A stretch of DNA of 64,000 nucleotides from Clostridiales bacterium (GTDB lineage: Bacteria > Bacillota > Clostridia > Oscillospirales > CAG-272). Shown piece after piece: positions 32,373-41,340 of the stretch; position 1 is the first letter of the stretch, and each line of letters opens with the position of its first letter. Below the pieces are notes generated by a model that made no database searches, was not told where the DNA came from, and saw only the letters and a list, made by a program, of their open reading frames with translations. The stretch spans positions 107 to 64,106 of the forward strand of contig JAEEYP010000095.1 in NCBI GenBank assembly GCA_016288155.1, given 5' to 3'. The translations under genes were made by a program, and so were the position numbers.

Positions 32373-32558
32373 TCACCAGCTTGCTTTCTTCACGCCGGGG
32401 ATCTCGCCCTTGTACGCCAGCTCACGGAAGCAGATACGGCAGATGCCGTACTTGCGAAGATACGCGTGAGGGCGGCCGCAGATCTTGCAGCGGTTGTAGC
32501 GGCGGGTCATGAACTTCGGCTCCGCCTGCTGCTTTAAGATCATGGATTTCTTTGCCAT
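32373..32558 (-). CDS. rpsZ: 30S ribosomal protein S14 type Z (zinc-binding)
   Basis: 61 aa: [11 protein letters not shown]...[38 protein letters not shown]. Confidence 0.97.
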   Translation of the reverse strand: MAKKSMILKQQAEPKFMTRRYNRCKICGRPHAYLRKYGICRICFRELAYKGEIPGVKKASW

Positions 32559-32573
32559 AATTCTCTCCTCCCC

Positions 32574-33119
32574 TTATTTCGCGAACGGAGCGCCCATCAT
32601 GGTGAGCAGCTCTCTGGCTTCGGCGTCCGTCTTGGCGGTCGTCACGATGGCGATGTCCATGCCGCGGATCTTGTCGACCTTATCGTACTCGATTTCGGGG
32701 AAGATGAGCTGTTCCTTCAGGCCGAGGGAGTAGTTGCCGCGGCCGTCGAACGCATCGGGATTGATGCCTTTGAAGTCGCGGACTCTCGGCAGGGCGAAGT
32801 TGAACAGACGGTCCAGGAACTCATACATTCTCTCGCCGCGCAGAGTGACCTTGACGCCGATCTTCATGCCCTCGCGGACCTTGAAGTTAGCGACGGACTT
32901 CTTCGCGAAGGTGGGGACCGCCTTCTGACCGGAGATCAGGGCGAGATCGCCCATGATCGCGTCGATCGCCTTGGCGTTTTCCTTCGCCTCGCCGGCGCCG
33001 ACGTTGATGACGACCTTGTCGATCTTCGGGATCTGCATAACGCTCTTGTACTCATACTTTTTCATGAGCGCCGGAGCGACTTCGGATTTGTAGTAGGTAT
33101 TAAGTCTTGCTGCCATCAC
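32574..33119 (-). CDS. rplE: 50S ribosomal protein L5
   Basis: 181 aa: [41 protein letters not shown]. Confidence 0.97.
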   Translation of the reverse strand: MMAARLNTYYKSEVAPALMKKYEYKSVMQIPKIDKVVINVGAGEAKENAKAIDAIMGDLALISGQKAVPTFAKKSVANFKVREGMKIGVKVTLRGERMYEFLDRLFNFALPRVRDFKGINPDAFDGRGNYSLGLKEQLIFPEIEYDKVDKIRGMDIAIVTTAKTDAEARELLTMMGAPFAK

Positions 33120-33131
33120 TCAAACCTCCGC

Positions 33132-33446
33132 TCACAGTGCGGCGCCGCACTTGGCGCAGACACGGATTTTCTTGCCGTCCTCGATCTTGTGGGCGGCGCG
33201 GGTCTGTTTGCCGCACTTCTCGCAGAAGAGCTGCACCTTGCAGGCGTAGAGAGCGCCTTCGGTCTCAACGATGCCGCCCTGCTCCTGGTTGTTTCTCGGT
33301 TTGACGTGCTTCTTGATCTTGTTGGCGCCTTCGACGATGACCTTGCCCTCTTTCGGGGAAACCTCGAGGACCTTGCCCTTCACGCCCTTGCTGTTGCCGG
33401 AGATCACGAGAACGACGTCGTCTTTCTTCACATGCATCTTAGCCAT
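33132..33446 (-). CDS. rplX: 50S ribosomal protein L24 (Cys4 zinc-ribbon variant)
   Basis: 104 aa: MHVKKDDVVLVISGNSKGVKGKV...; C-terminal CEKCGKQTRAAHKIEDGKKIRVCAKCG. Confidence 0.96.
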   Translation of the reverse strand: MAKMHVKKDDVVLVISGNSKGVKGKVLEVSPKEGKVIVEGANKIKKHVKPRNNQEQGGIVETEGALYACKVQLFCEKCGKQTRAAHKIEDGKKIRVCAKCGAAL

Positions 33447-33461
33447 TTCGCAATTCCTCCT

Positions 33462-33830
33462 TTACAGAACTTCCGGTGCGAGGGAGAGGATCTTCGTGTA
33501 CTCGTGCTCGCGGAGTTCGCGGGCGACCGGCCCGAAGATACGGGTCCCCTTGGGGTTCTTGTCGTCGCCGATGATCACGGCCGCGTTCTCGTCGAACTTG
33601 ATATAGGATCCGTCCGCACGGCGGAGACCCATCACACTGCGCACGATCACAGCCTTGACCACATCGCCCTTTTTGACCATGCCGCCCGGCGCCGCTTTCT
33701 TCACGGCGCAGACGACGACGTCGCCGATGTTTGCATATCGTCTGCCGGTGCCGCCGAGGACGCGGATGCACATAAGCTCCTTCGCGCCCGTGTTGTCGGC
33801 AACCGTCATCAATGACTGCTGCTGAATCAC
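33462..33830 (-). CDS. rplN: 50S ribosomal protein L14
   Basis: 122 aa: [27 protein letters not shown]. Confidence 0.98.
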   Translation of the reverse strand: MIQQQSLMTVADNTGAKELMCIRVLGGTGRRYANIGDVVVCAVKKAAPGGMVKKGDVVKAVIVRSVMGLRRADGSYIKFDENAAVIIGDDKNPKGTRIFGPVARELREHEYTKILSLAPEVL

Positions 33831-33893
33831 TTTCGCATTCCTCCTGTTGAATGAGTTGGGTACGCGCTTTGACGTACCTGTTTCGAGGATTCC

Positions 33894-34154
33894 TTATTTC
33901 GCCTTCTCGATGATCTGAACGAGTCTCCAGCGGATCGTCTTGGAGAGCGGTCTCGTCTCCATGACCTCGACGGTATCGCCGACGCCGCATTCGTTCTTCT
34001 CATCGCGTGCGTGGATCTTCGTGGTGCGTTTGATGATCTTGCCGTAGGTGGGATGCTTGACATTGTCGGCGATGGCGATCGTTATGCACTTGTCCATTTT
34101 ATTGCTGACAACCTTGCCCACTCTGGTCTTTCTCAGGTTACGGGTTTCTTCCAT
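33894..34154 (-). CDS. rpsQ: 30S ribosomal protein S17
   Basis: 86 aa: [45 protein letters not shown]. Confidence 0.97.
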   Translation of the reverse strand: MEETRNLRKTRVGKVVSNKMDKCITIAIADNVKHPTYGKIIKRTTKIHARDEKNECGVGDTVEVMETRPLSKTIRWRLVQIIEKAK

Positions 34155-34168
34155 TTCGTTTCTCCCCC

Positions 34169-34357
34169 TTACGCATTCTTCTCGCGGATGACGGTCATCA
34201 CGCGCGCGATATCCTTCTTCACGTCCGCGATCCGGTGGGGGTTGTCAAGCTGGTTGATCGCGTGCTGGAAACGGAGGGTAAACAGCTCGCCCTTCAGCTC
34301 TTTCAGCTTGGCGTCCAGCTCCGTATCCGACAGTTTTCTGATTTCGGTGGCCTTCAC
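34169..34357 (-). CDS. rpmC: 50S ribosomal protein L29
   Basis: 62 aa: [31 protein letters not shown]. Confidence 0.96.
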   Translation of the reverse strand: MKATEIRKLSDTELDAKLKELKGELFTLRFQHAINQLDNPHRIADVKKDIARVMTVIREKNA

Positions 34358-34360
34358 AGC

Positions 34361-34792
34361 TTATCCCTCCACTTCTTTGTCGAGCTGCTCCCGGGTAGCG
34401 AAACGGCACTTGATCGGGAGCTTGTGCATGGCAAGGCGCATGGCTTCCTTCGCGGTCTCCTCCGTGACGTCGCCCATCTCGAACAGCACTCTGCCCGGCT
34501 TGACGACGGCGACCCAGTACTCGGGCGAGCCCTTACCAGAACCCATTCGGGTCTCAGCCGGTTTCTCGGTGATCGGCTTATCCGGGAAGATCTTGATCCA
34601 CACCTGACCGCCGCGCTTCGTGTAACGGGTCATGGCGACACGGGCGGCCTCGATCTGGTTCGAGGTGATCCACGCCGGCTCCAGGGCGACGAGACCGTAG
34701 GTGCCGTTCGTGATCGTATTGCCGCGGTGCGCCTGTCCCTTCATACGTCCGCGCTGCACGCGTCTGTATTTGACTCTCTTAGGCATCAACAT
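34361..34792 (-). CDS. rplP: 50S ribosomal protein L16
   Basis: 143 aa: [25 protein letters not shown]. Confidence 0.98.
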   Translation of the reverse strand: MLMPKRVKYRRVQRGRMKGQAHRGNTITNGTYGLVALEPAWITSNQIEAARVAMTRYTKRGGQVWIKIFPDKPITEKPAETRMGSGKGSPEYWVAVVKPGRVLFEMGDVTEETAKEAMRLAMHKLPIKCRFATREQLDKEVEG

Positions 34793-34794
34793 AA

Positions 34795-35697
34795 TCAGTT
34801 AGCGCTCCCTTCCGTAGATTCTTTCGGCGCTGCCGGAGCGGCGGGCGCGCGCATCGGACGGTCGCCGGTACGCATCGGACGGTCGCCCTGCGGTCTGCGG
34901 TCGCCGGGACGGCTGTCGCGGCGGTCTCCGCCCGGTCTGCGGTCGCCGCTGCGGTTGTCGCGGCGGTCTCCGCCCGGTCTGCGGTCGCGGCGGTCTCCGC
35001 GGCGATCGCCGAACTTCTTCTTGTCTTCGGCGGCGACGGCGGCGCCGGTCTGCGTGCGGGCTACCTCGGAGAGGACTTCGCCCTTGTAGATCCAGACCTT
35101 GATGCCGATCTTGCCGTAGGTAGTGTTCGCTTCCGCGAAGCCGTAGTCGATATCGGCGCGCAGCGTCTGCAGCGGGATGGTGCCCTCGTGGTAATGCTCG
35201 GTCCGGGCGATCTCCGCGCCGGCGAGACGGCCGTTGAGGTTGATCTTGATCCCCTTGGCACCCATGCGCATCGTGCGCTGGATCGCCTGCTTCATGGCGC
35301 GGCGGAACGCGGCGCGCTTCTCGAGCTGTTCAGCGATCGACTCGGCGACGAGCTGAGCGCACATCTCGACCGGCTTGATCTCGATGACGTTGACGGCGAC
35401 GGGGACGCCCATCTTCTGCTCAAGGTCCACGCGAAGCTTCTCGATCTCCGTGCCGCCCTTGCCGATGACCATGCCCGGTTTGCCGCAGTGGATGAAGACT
35501 CTCGCCTTGCCGGCGTTGTCGCGTTCGATCTCGATCTTGGGGATGCCGGCGCTTTTGAGTTTTTCCTTCAGATATTCTCTGACGTTATAATCCGAGACGA
35601 GCAGATCGCCGAACTTCTCGTCGCTGGCGAACCATCTCGAGTCCCAGTTCTTGATCACACCGACGCGCAGGCCGTGCGGATTTACTTTCTGACCCAT
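34795..35697 (-). CDS. rpsC: 30S ribosomal protein S3 with ~80-aa repetitive Arg/Asp/Gly-rich C-terminal tail
   Basis: 300 aa: [24 protein letters not shown]...; tail [54 protein letters not shown]. Confidence 0.97.
   Translation of the reverse strand: MGQKVNPHGLRVGVIKNWDSRWFASDEKFGDLLVSDYNVREYLKEKLKSAGIPKIEIERDNAGKARVFIHCGKPGMVIGKGGTEIEKLRVDLEQKMGVPVAVNVIEIKPVEMCAQLVAESIAEQLEKRAAFRRAMKQAIQRTMRMGAKGIKINLNGRLAGAEIARTEHYHEGTIPLQTLRADIDYGFAEANTTYGKIGIKVWIYKGEVLSEVARTQTGAAVAAEDKKKFGDRRGDRRDRRPGGDRRDNRSGDRRPGGDRRDSRPGDRRPQGDRPMRTGDRPMRAPAAPAAPKESTEGSAN
34851..35010 (-). repeat. in-frame tandem DNA repeats inside the rpsC 3' end
   Basis: GCATCGGACGGTCGCC appears twice (34851, 34872). A 42-nt unit CGGTCTGCGGTCGCCG..GTCGCGGCGGTCTCCGCC starts at 34891 and 34933, with a partial third copy from 34975. 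Confidence 0.85.
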
Positions 35698-35713
35698 ATT
35701 CCAGCCTCCCTCT

Positions 35714-36049
35714 TTATTCTTTCTCGGATACCGCGATGGTGATATGGCTTGTACGCTTCAGGATCCGGTCGCCGGAGCCCTTGCCGCGCGGCATCATTCT
35801 CTTGAGCGTCATGCCGGGGGTCACGAAGCATTCCGAGACGTACAGCTTCTCGGGATCCATGTGGAAATTGTTTTCCGCATCCGCCATGACGCGGCCGAGG
35901 AGCTTCACGGCCGGCTCACACGCGGACTTGCGCGTATTCTTCAGAATACCGACGGCCATGGCGGCGTCCTTGCCGCGGATAAGATCGAGGACGATCTTGA
36001 CCTTGCGCGGGGAGATGCGGATGAATTTTTCGGTTGCTCTTGCTTCCAT
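35714..36049 (-). CDS. rplV: 50S ribosomal protein L22
   Basis: 111 aa: [27 protein letters not shown]. Confidence 0.97.
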   Translation of the reverse strand: MEARATEKFIRISPRKVKIVLDLIRGKDAAMAVGILKNTRKSACEPAVKLLGRVMADAENNFHMDPEKLYVSECFVTPGMTLKRMMPRGKGSGDRILKRTSHITIAVSEKE

Positions 36050-36072
36050 TCTTAACGTTGCCTCCCTTGCAC

Positions 36073-36354
36073 TCAGTTGCCGTTGTTGGACGTCTTGGAG
36101 CCGGCATGTCCCTTGAAGGTGCGCGTGGGGGCGAACTCGCCGAGCTTATGCCCGACCATATCCTCCGTCACGTACACCGGAATATGCTTCCTGCCGTCGT
36201 GCACAGCGATGGTGTGTCCGATAAACTCCGGGAAAATGGTGGAAGAACGGGACCATGTCTTGAGGACCTTCTTCTCGCCTTTTTCATTCATAGCGCAAAT
36301 GCGCTGATACAGTTTCGCTTCTACAAAGGGAGCTTTCTTTGTGCTTCTGCTCAT
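36073..36354 (-). CDS. rpsS: 30S ribosomal protein S19
   Basis: 93 aa: [15 protein letters not shown]...[30 protein letters not shown]. Confidence 0.98.
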   Translation of the reverse strand: MSRSTKKAPFVEAKLYQRICAMNEKGEKKVLKTWSRSSTIFPEFIGHTIAVHDGRKHIPVYVTEDMVGHKLGEFAPTRTFKGHAGSKTSNNGN

Positions 36355-36371
36355 TTACGGCGCCTCCTTCC

Positions 36372-37202
36372 TTACTTGCTGTTCCTGCGCTTGACGATGA
36401 ACTTGTTCGTTCTCGCCTTGCGGTCGCGCGTCTTATAACCCATGGCGGGCTTGCCCCACGGAGTCATCGGACCGGGATGGCCGATCGGAGCCTTGCCCTC
36501 GCCGCCGCCGTGCGGGTGATCGCACGGGTTCATGACGGAACCGCGGACGGTTGGACGGATGCCCATGTGACGCTTCTTGCCGGCTTTGCCGATCTTGATC
36601 GTGTCGTGCTCGATGTTCGAGACCTGACCGATCGTGGCGGTGCACTTGAGCTGGATATAGCGCATCTCGCCGGAAGGAAGACGGACCAGCGCGAGGTCGT
36701 TCTCCTTGGACATGAGCTGTGCCTGCGCGCCCGCGGAGCGGACGAGCTGGGCGCCCTTGCCCGGATTGAGCTCGATATTGTGGATGAAGGTACCGAGCGG
36801 GATATTCGCGAGCGGCAGCGTGTTGCCGGGCTTGATATCGACTTCGGCGCCGGAGTAGAGCACGTCGCCGTCGGTCACGCCGACCGGAGCGATGATGTAG
36901 CTCTTCTTGCCTGCCTCATCCTGAAGCAGCGCGATATAGGCGGTACGGTTCGGGTCGTACTCGACGCCGATGACCTTGTGCGCGGAAGCGTCGCTTCTCT
37001 TGAAGTCGATGATGCGGTATTTCAGCTTGTTGCCGCCGCCCTGATGACGGACGGTGATGCGGCCGTAGCTGTTGCGACCGGCGTGCTTCTTCTTGATCCG
37101 GACAAGGGATTTCTCCGGAGTGAACTTGGTCAGTTCCTCGAAGGAAGGCACCGTCATATGACGCCGGGAAGGCGTGGTCGGCTTGAATTTCATGGTTGCC
37201 AT
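36372..37202 (-). CDS. rplB: 50S ribosomal protein L2
   Basis: 276 aa: [18 protein letters not shown]..., [15 protein letters not shown]. Confidence 0.98.
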   Translation of the reverse strand: MATMKFKPTTPSRRHMTVPSFEELTKFTPEKSLVRIKKKHAGRNSYGRITVRHQGGGNKLKYRIIDFKRSDASAHKVIGVEYDPNRTAYIALLQDEAGKKSYIIAPVGVTDGDVLYSGAEVDIKPGNTLPLANIPLGTFIHNIELNPGKGAQLVRSAGAQAQLMSKENDLALVRLPSGEMRYIQLKCTATIGQVSNIEHDTIKIGKAGKKRHMGIRPTVRGSVMNPCDHPHGGGEGKAPIGHPGPMTPWGKPAMGYKTRDRKARTNKFIVKRRNSK

Positions 37203-37219
37203 AGCGTATCTCCTTCCTC

Positions 37220-37513
37220 TCAGTTCAGACCTTCAAAGAACTCGATCGTCTTGGAATCGGGCTTCAGGGTGACGATGGCTTTCTTCCACGCCGCCGTGTA
37301 GCCGGCTCTGTAACGGAGTCTCTTCGGCTTTCTCTTGACGTTGATCGTGTTGACGGCGGCCACCTTCACACCGAACAGCTCCTCGACCGCGTGCGCGATC
37401 TCGGGCTTGGTAGCGTCGCTGGCGACGCGGAAGGAGTATTTCTTATCGGCGATGCCGTCCATGCTCTTCTCGGTAATGAGCGGCTTGATGATGATGTCCT
37501 GAGCGAACTTCAT
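37220..37513 (-). CDS. rplW: 50S ribosomal protein L23
   Basis: Start moved to [17 protein letters not shown] (ATG 37513), giving 97 aa. ATGA overlap with rplD. Confidence 0.95.
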   Translation of the reverse strand: MKFAQDIIIKPLITEKSMDGIADKKYSFRVASDATKPEIAHAVEELFGVKVAAVNTINVKRKPKRLRYRAGYTAAWKKAIVTLKPDSKTIEFFEGLN

Positions 37514-38136
37514 TCCGCGTACACCTCCTCGATTTTTTCGACCGCTTCCTTCGCGGCGATGAACGTATTGCAGTTCAGGATGTCGTACACATTCAGGGTG
37601 GTGCAAAGCGTCGTCTTCACACCGGGGATATTGGCGAAGCTGCCGGTGACCTTGGCGTCCGGAGCGGGCAGGACGACGAGCGTCTTCTTGCCGGCGCCGA
37701 CGGCCTTCAGCATGGCCGCCATCGTCTTCGTCTTGTACTCTTCCGTCGTGATGCGGTCGATAACGATCATCTCGCCGTCCGCGACCTTGGAGGAGAGCGC
37801 GCCGAAGAGGGCGAGGCGCTTGACCTTCTTGTTCAGCTTCACGGTATAGGTGCGGGGCTTCGGGCCGAGGGCGATGCCGCCGTGCGTCCACTGAGGAGCG
37901 CGCGTGGAACCCTGACGGGCGCGGCCGGTTCCCTTCTGTCTCCAGGGCTTCTTGCCGCCGCCGGACACTTCGGAACGGGTCAGCGTGGACTGCGTTCCCT
38001 GTCTCTGATTGGAAAGATAGGCTCTGACCGCCGCGTGGAGGACGGCGCCGTTCACGTCAGCCGCAAAGACCTTGTCGGAAAGAGTCATGGCTCCGACTTC
38101 CGCGCCTGCCATATTGACAACTTTGATTTCAGGCAT
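37510..38136 (-). CDS. rplD: 50S ribosomal protein L4
   Basis: 208 aa: RQGTQSTLTRSEVSGGGKKPWRQKGTGRARQGSTRAPQW. Confidence 0.98.
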   Translation of the reverse strand: MPEIKVVNMAGAEVGAMTLSDKVFAADVNGAVLHAAVRAYLSNQRQGTQSTLTRSEVSGGGKKPWRQKGTGRARQGSTRAPQWTHGGIALGPKPRTYTVKLNKKVKRLALFGALSSKVADGEMIVIDRITTEEYKTKTMAAMLKAVGAGKKTLVVLPAPDAKVTGSFANIPGVKTTLCTTLNVYDILNCNTFIAAKEAVEKIEEVYAE

Positions 38137-38154
38137 TGTAGTTCCTCCTTCCGA

Positions 38155-38787
38155 TTATGCTTTCACGCTGTTGCGAAGGAACACGATCCCGCCGCGCGCG
38201 CCGGGGACGGCGCCCTTGACGGCGATGATGCTCTTCTCAGCGTCCACTTTTACTACTTCCAGGTTCAGGATGGTGACCTGCTCGTTGCCGTACTGACCCG
38301 CCATCTTCTTGTTCTTGTAGATGCGGGACGGCGTGGAGTTCGCGCCCATGGAGCCGGGCTGGCGATGCACCGGGCCGGTACCGTGCGTCATGCGCAGGAT
38401 GTGATGGTTCCATCTTTTGATCGAGCCGGTGTAGCCGTGGCCCTTCGTGATCCCTGTAATGTCGACCTTGTCGCCGGCGGCGAAGGTATCGGCGGCGATC
38501 ACGTCTCCGGGATTCAGCTCTGCGGCGTTCTCCAGACGGAACTCCTTCAGATGTCTGTGCGTCTTGACGCCGGCTTTCTTGAAATGTCCGGCGGCGGGCT
38601 TGTTCAGGCGCTTTTCCTGAATTTCCTCAAAACCGAGCTGCACGGCGGAATAGCCGTCGTTCTCCTCGGTCTTCTTCTGCACCACGGTGCAGGGACCGGC
38701 CTCGATCACCGTTACGGGGATCACGCTGCCGTTCTCGTCGAAGATCTGGGTCATGCCCAGTTTCTTGCCGATGATTCCTTTTTTCAT
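38155..38787 (-). CDS. rplC: 50S ribosomal protein L3
   Basis: 210 aa: [33 protein letters not shown]. Confidence 0.98.
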   Translation of the reverse strand: MKKGIIGKKLGMTQIFDENGSVIPVTVIEAGPCTVVQKKTEENDGYSAVQLGFEEIQEKRLNKPAAGHFKKAGVKTHRHLKEFRLENAAELNPGDVIAADTFAAGDKVDITGITKGHGYTGSIKRWNHHILRMTHGTGPVHRQPGSMGANSTPSRIYKNKKMAGQYGNEQVTILNLEVVKVDAEKSIIAVKGAVPGARGGIVFLRNSVKA

Positions 38788-38951
38788 GTTCTTTCCTCCT
38801 GATAAGGCTATTGGTTGGCGCCGCGGATTTTGCCGCGAGCCACGCGGCTCGGCGTCAACATGACCTTTCCGTCATCAAGCTCGCGCGCGTCCCGAGGAGG
38901 ACGGGCGCTGAATCGCTCTGTACGGTGCGGTTTCGGCTCGGGGATCGGGGA

Positions 38952-39263
38952 TCAGAGTTTGAGGTCGATATCCACGCCGGCGGGGAGCTCAACGTTCATG
39001 AGCGCCTCGATGGCCTTCTGGGAAGGATGGCGGATCTCGACGAGTCTCTTGTGGGTTCTCTGCTCGAACTGCTCGCGGCTGTCCTTGTACTTATGGACCG
39101 CGCGGAGAATGGTGACGATTTCCTTCTCGGTCGGGAGCGGAATCGGACCGGAAACCTCGGCGCCGTTTCTCTTGGCGATGTCGACGATCTTCGCTGCCGC
39201 CGCATCCACCAGAGTATGCTCGTAGCTCTTGAGTCTCACACGGACTTTCTCGTTGTTTGCCAC
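38952..39263 (-). CDS. rpsJ: 30S ribosomal protein S10
   Basis: Start moved to GTG 39263 (SD GGAGG 7 nt upstream). [28 protein letters not shown]..., 103 aa. Confidence 0.95.
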   Translation of the reverse strand: MANNEKVRVRLKSYEHTLVDAAAAKIVDIAKRNGAEVSGPIPLPTEKEIVTILRAVHKYKDSREQFEQRTHKRLVEIRHPSQKAIEALMNVELPAGVDIDLKL

Positions 39264-39515
39264 TTGGTTGCCTCCTGTTTCAAAAATGATTGTCATGAGG
39301 CGCGGAACACTCGCCCGTGCGTTTCCGCGTCCCCCAGAAGGAAACCGGACGCGGACAGCCAGCATTACCGTCCCGTATCCGGATACAACAGGGGCTGCGT
39401 ATGCACGGAAAGCGTTTCTTTCGCCCGGCTCTCAGCCGGACATACTCGGCGGAAATTCCCCGTATTTCCGAAAAAATACGGCAACCTCCCGCTTCATCGC
39501 ACATCAAGCCTTTAT

Positions 39516-39544
39516 ATTGTACCACAATAATGCCGCCGCATCAA
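39516..39544 (-). promoter_or_regulatory. candidate sigma-A promoter of the S10 operon with A-tract UP region
   Basis: Minus strand: TTGATG, 17-nt spacer, TGgTACAAT. Phased A-tracts lie immediately upstream (39545-39620). Implies a ~245-nt leader. Confidence 0.6.
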
Positions 39545-39724
39545 CCCTTTTGGAATTTTTTTCGCTGTAAAAGCGGAGATTCTTCGTGATTTTTTCTGCG
39601 GTTTTTTGATGATTTTTACCATATTCCGGGCGCGTGCGCCGCGCGGCGGGGCGCCGCGCCGTCCCGGCCGCGCGTTTTTCTTCCTAAGTTTATTATATTT
39701 ATTGTGTTTTTCCTCCCGAATCCC

Positions 39725-39753
39725 TTGCGCATCGCGCCGGTTTGTGGTATGAT
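39725..39753 (+). promoter_or_regulatory. candidate sigma-A promoter of the membrane protein-xpaC-telA operon
   Basis: TTGCGC, 17-nt spacer, TGgTATGAT. Confidence 0.6.
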
Positions 39754-39809
39754 ATTGGGTACAGCAGGCTGCGTCCCCCCGCCGTGCCTGCCGGCAAGGA
39801 GACGATCTC

Positions 39810-40628
39810 ATGCAAAGCAAAACCGCCCTCAGGCTCGCGCTGTCCGCCGCTTCCCTTCTCTTCGGGATCGGCGCGGCCGTTCTTCTGTATCTCGCCTTTA
39901 CCCGCAGTTACGTCGAGACGATCCAGCACTTTACGCTGGACTGTCCGTATGCCGTTCCGGCGGTGATCTTGTGCGCCGCCGGCTGCCTGTGCGCCCTCGT
40001 CAACGGACTGATCTTCCGCCGTTCGGGCGGCGGCACGGTCGGTGAAGACCGCCCGATCGCCGTCTTCGCCTCCTGCGTGCTCGCATTGAACGGACTGCTC
40101 GTGCTCGCGTTCACGGTGATCTTTTCCGCCCCGTCCGGCGCGCTCGAGTGGATCCGGATGCTGTTTCTGCTCCTCGCCTCCGTGTATTACCTGACAGCGC
40201 TCTTCCCCGCGGTCCGCGGCACGCCGCTCTCCATGCTCCTCTCGCTCACGCCGGCGATCTTCGGACTGCTTTCCATGTTCACCTCTTATTTTGACGATAA
40301 CTACGCGCAGAATTCCCCCTATAAATCGATGCTGCTCGCCGCTTGGGTCGGCGCCGCGCTCTTCTTCACCGCGGAGGCGCGGATCGCGCTCGGCCGCGTC
40401 CTCCCCTTCCCGCATCTCGCCTACGGCGGCATCTGTCTCACGCTTTCCTCCGCCGTCGGCTTCTGCCTGGCGATGCTCGCACTTCTCCGCGGCGGAGATC
40501 TTCTTGAGGCGGTACCGCTGCTCAGCGTCTGTCTGCTCAGCGGCGCGCGGCTCCTCACGTTCCGTCCCGCCCCGCCCGATGAAAAAAAGGAGGCGCCCGA
40601 TGCCGCAGCCGAAACAGCCGACGACTGA
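39810..40628 (+). CDS. hypothetical polytopic membrane protein
   Basis: 272 aa with ~8 hydrophobic segments and coding-type GC3 bias. SD AAGGAGA upstream. No family recognised. Confidence 0.6.
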   Translation: MQSKTALRLALSAASLLFGIGAAVLLYLAFTRSYVETIQHFTLDCPYAVPAVILCAAGCLCALVNGLIFRRSGGGTVGEDRPIAVFASCVLALNGLLVLAFTVIFSAPSGALEWIRMLFLLLASVYYLTALFPAVRGTPLSMLLSLTPAIFGLLSMFTSYFDDNYAQNSPYKSMLLAAWVGAALFFTAEARIALGRVLPFPHLAYGGICLTLSSAVGFCLAMLALLRGGDLLEAVPLLSVCLLSGARLLTFRPAPPDEKKEAPDAAAETADD

Positions 40629-41283
40629 CGCGGACGTCATGGAAAAGGACGGCCGCCGCTACCGCCGCCGCACCGTGCGCACGGCGGGACCGATCTGGAT
40701 CGCCGCCGCCGTCTGGCCGCTTGCCGCGCTCCTCTTCCCGCCCTCCAAGCCGATCCATATCGTCTGGATCGCGCTTGCATCGCTCGGCGCCGGACTCCTC
40801 GCGGACCGGCTGATCCCGCGCGAGGAACGCTGGGAAGAGATCTGCTCCTCCAGCGGCAACGCGGAACTGGACGACGTGGCGGCGCGCCTCGCCGAGGAGG
40901 CGGATGCGCTTGAACTCTCCCGCGCCGCCGTCGCCGACGCGTTCCCGGACGCCGCCGCGCGCCTCGGCTCCATCGCGGGGACCTGCCTGCGCATCCGGCA
41001 GGCGCTCCTCGAATCACCCGAAGACCTCCCGAAGGTACGCCGCTTTCTCAACTACTATCTCCCCGTGACGCAGAAGCTCGCCGACAAATACGTCCGCGTC
41101 CGGCGCGAGAAGGAACCGACGGACAATCTGCGGCAGATCGCCGCGGACGTCGAACAGGCGCTCGACGCCATCGATCCCGCGTTCGTGCGCCAGTACGACG
41201 CGCTCTTCTCCGACGACGCGCTGGACATCTCCACGGATATCGCCGTGCTCGAGACGATGCTTGCCCGCGACGGACTGAACTGA
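40600..41283 (+). CDS. XpaC-like (5-bromo-4-chloroindolyl phosphate hydrolysis) family protein
   Basis: Start placed at ATG 40600 (SD AAAGGAGG). Two N-terminal TMs, then a helical domain with RFLNYYLPVTQKLADKYV. Sits upstream of telA as in B. subtilis xpaC-yaaN. Confidence 0.6.
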   Translation: MPQPKQPTTDADVMEKDGRRYRRRTVRTAGPIWIAAAVWPLAALLFPPSKPIHIVWIALASLGAGLLADRLIPREERWEEICSSSGNAELDDVAARLAEEADALELSRAAVADAFPDAAARLGSIAGTCLRIRQALLESPEDLPKVRRFLNYYLPVTQKLADKYVRVRREKEPTDNLRQIAADVEQALDAIDPAFVRQYDALFSDDALDISTDIAVLETMLARDGLN

Positions 41284-41340
41284 CCGCGCTCTCCCTTTGA
41301 AAAATCATAGATCCATCTTACATACAGAAAGGAATCCGCC

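Noticed and set aside
34851-35010. Tandem repeats as a possible CRISPR or minisatellite locus.
   Set aside because: The repeats are in frame within rpsC, are contiguous without spacers, and encode the repetitive S3 tail.
39620-39690. A GC-rich palindromic stretch (GCGCGGCG-GG-CGCCGCGC ... GCGCGTTTTT) between the divergent rpsJ and 39810 promoters, considered as an orphan terminator or sRNA.
   Set aside because: No upstream gene or promoter would feed it on either strand. It may act as an insulator or just be GC-rich spacer. Evidence is insufficient.
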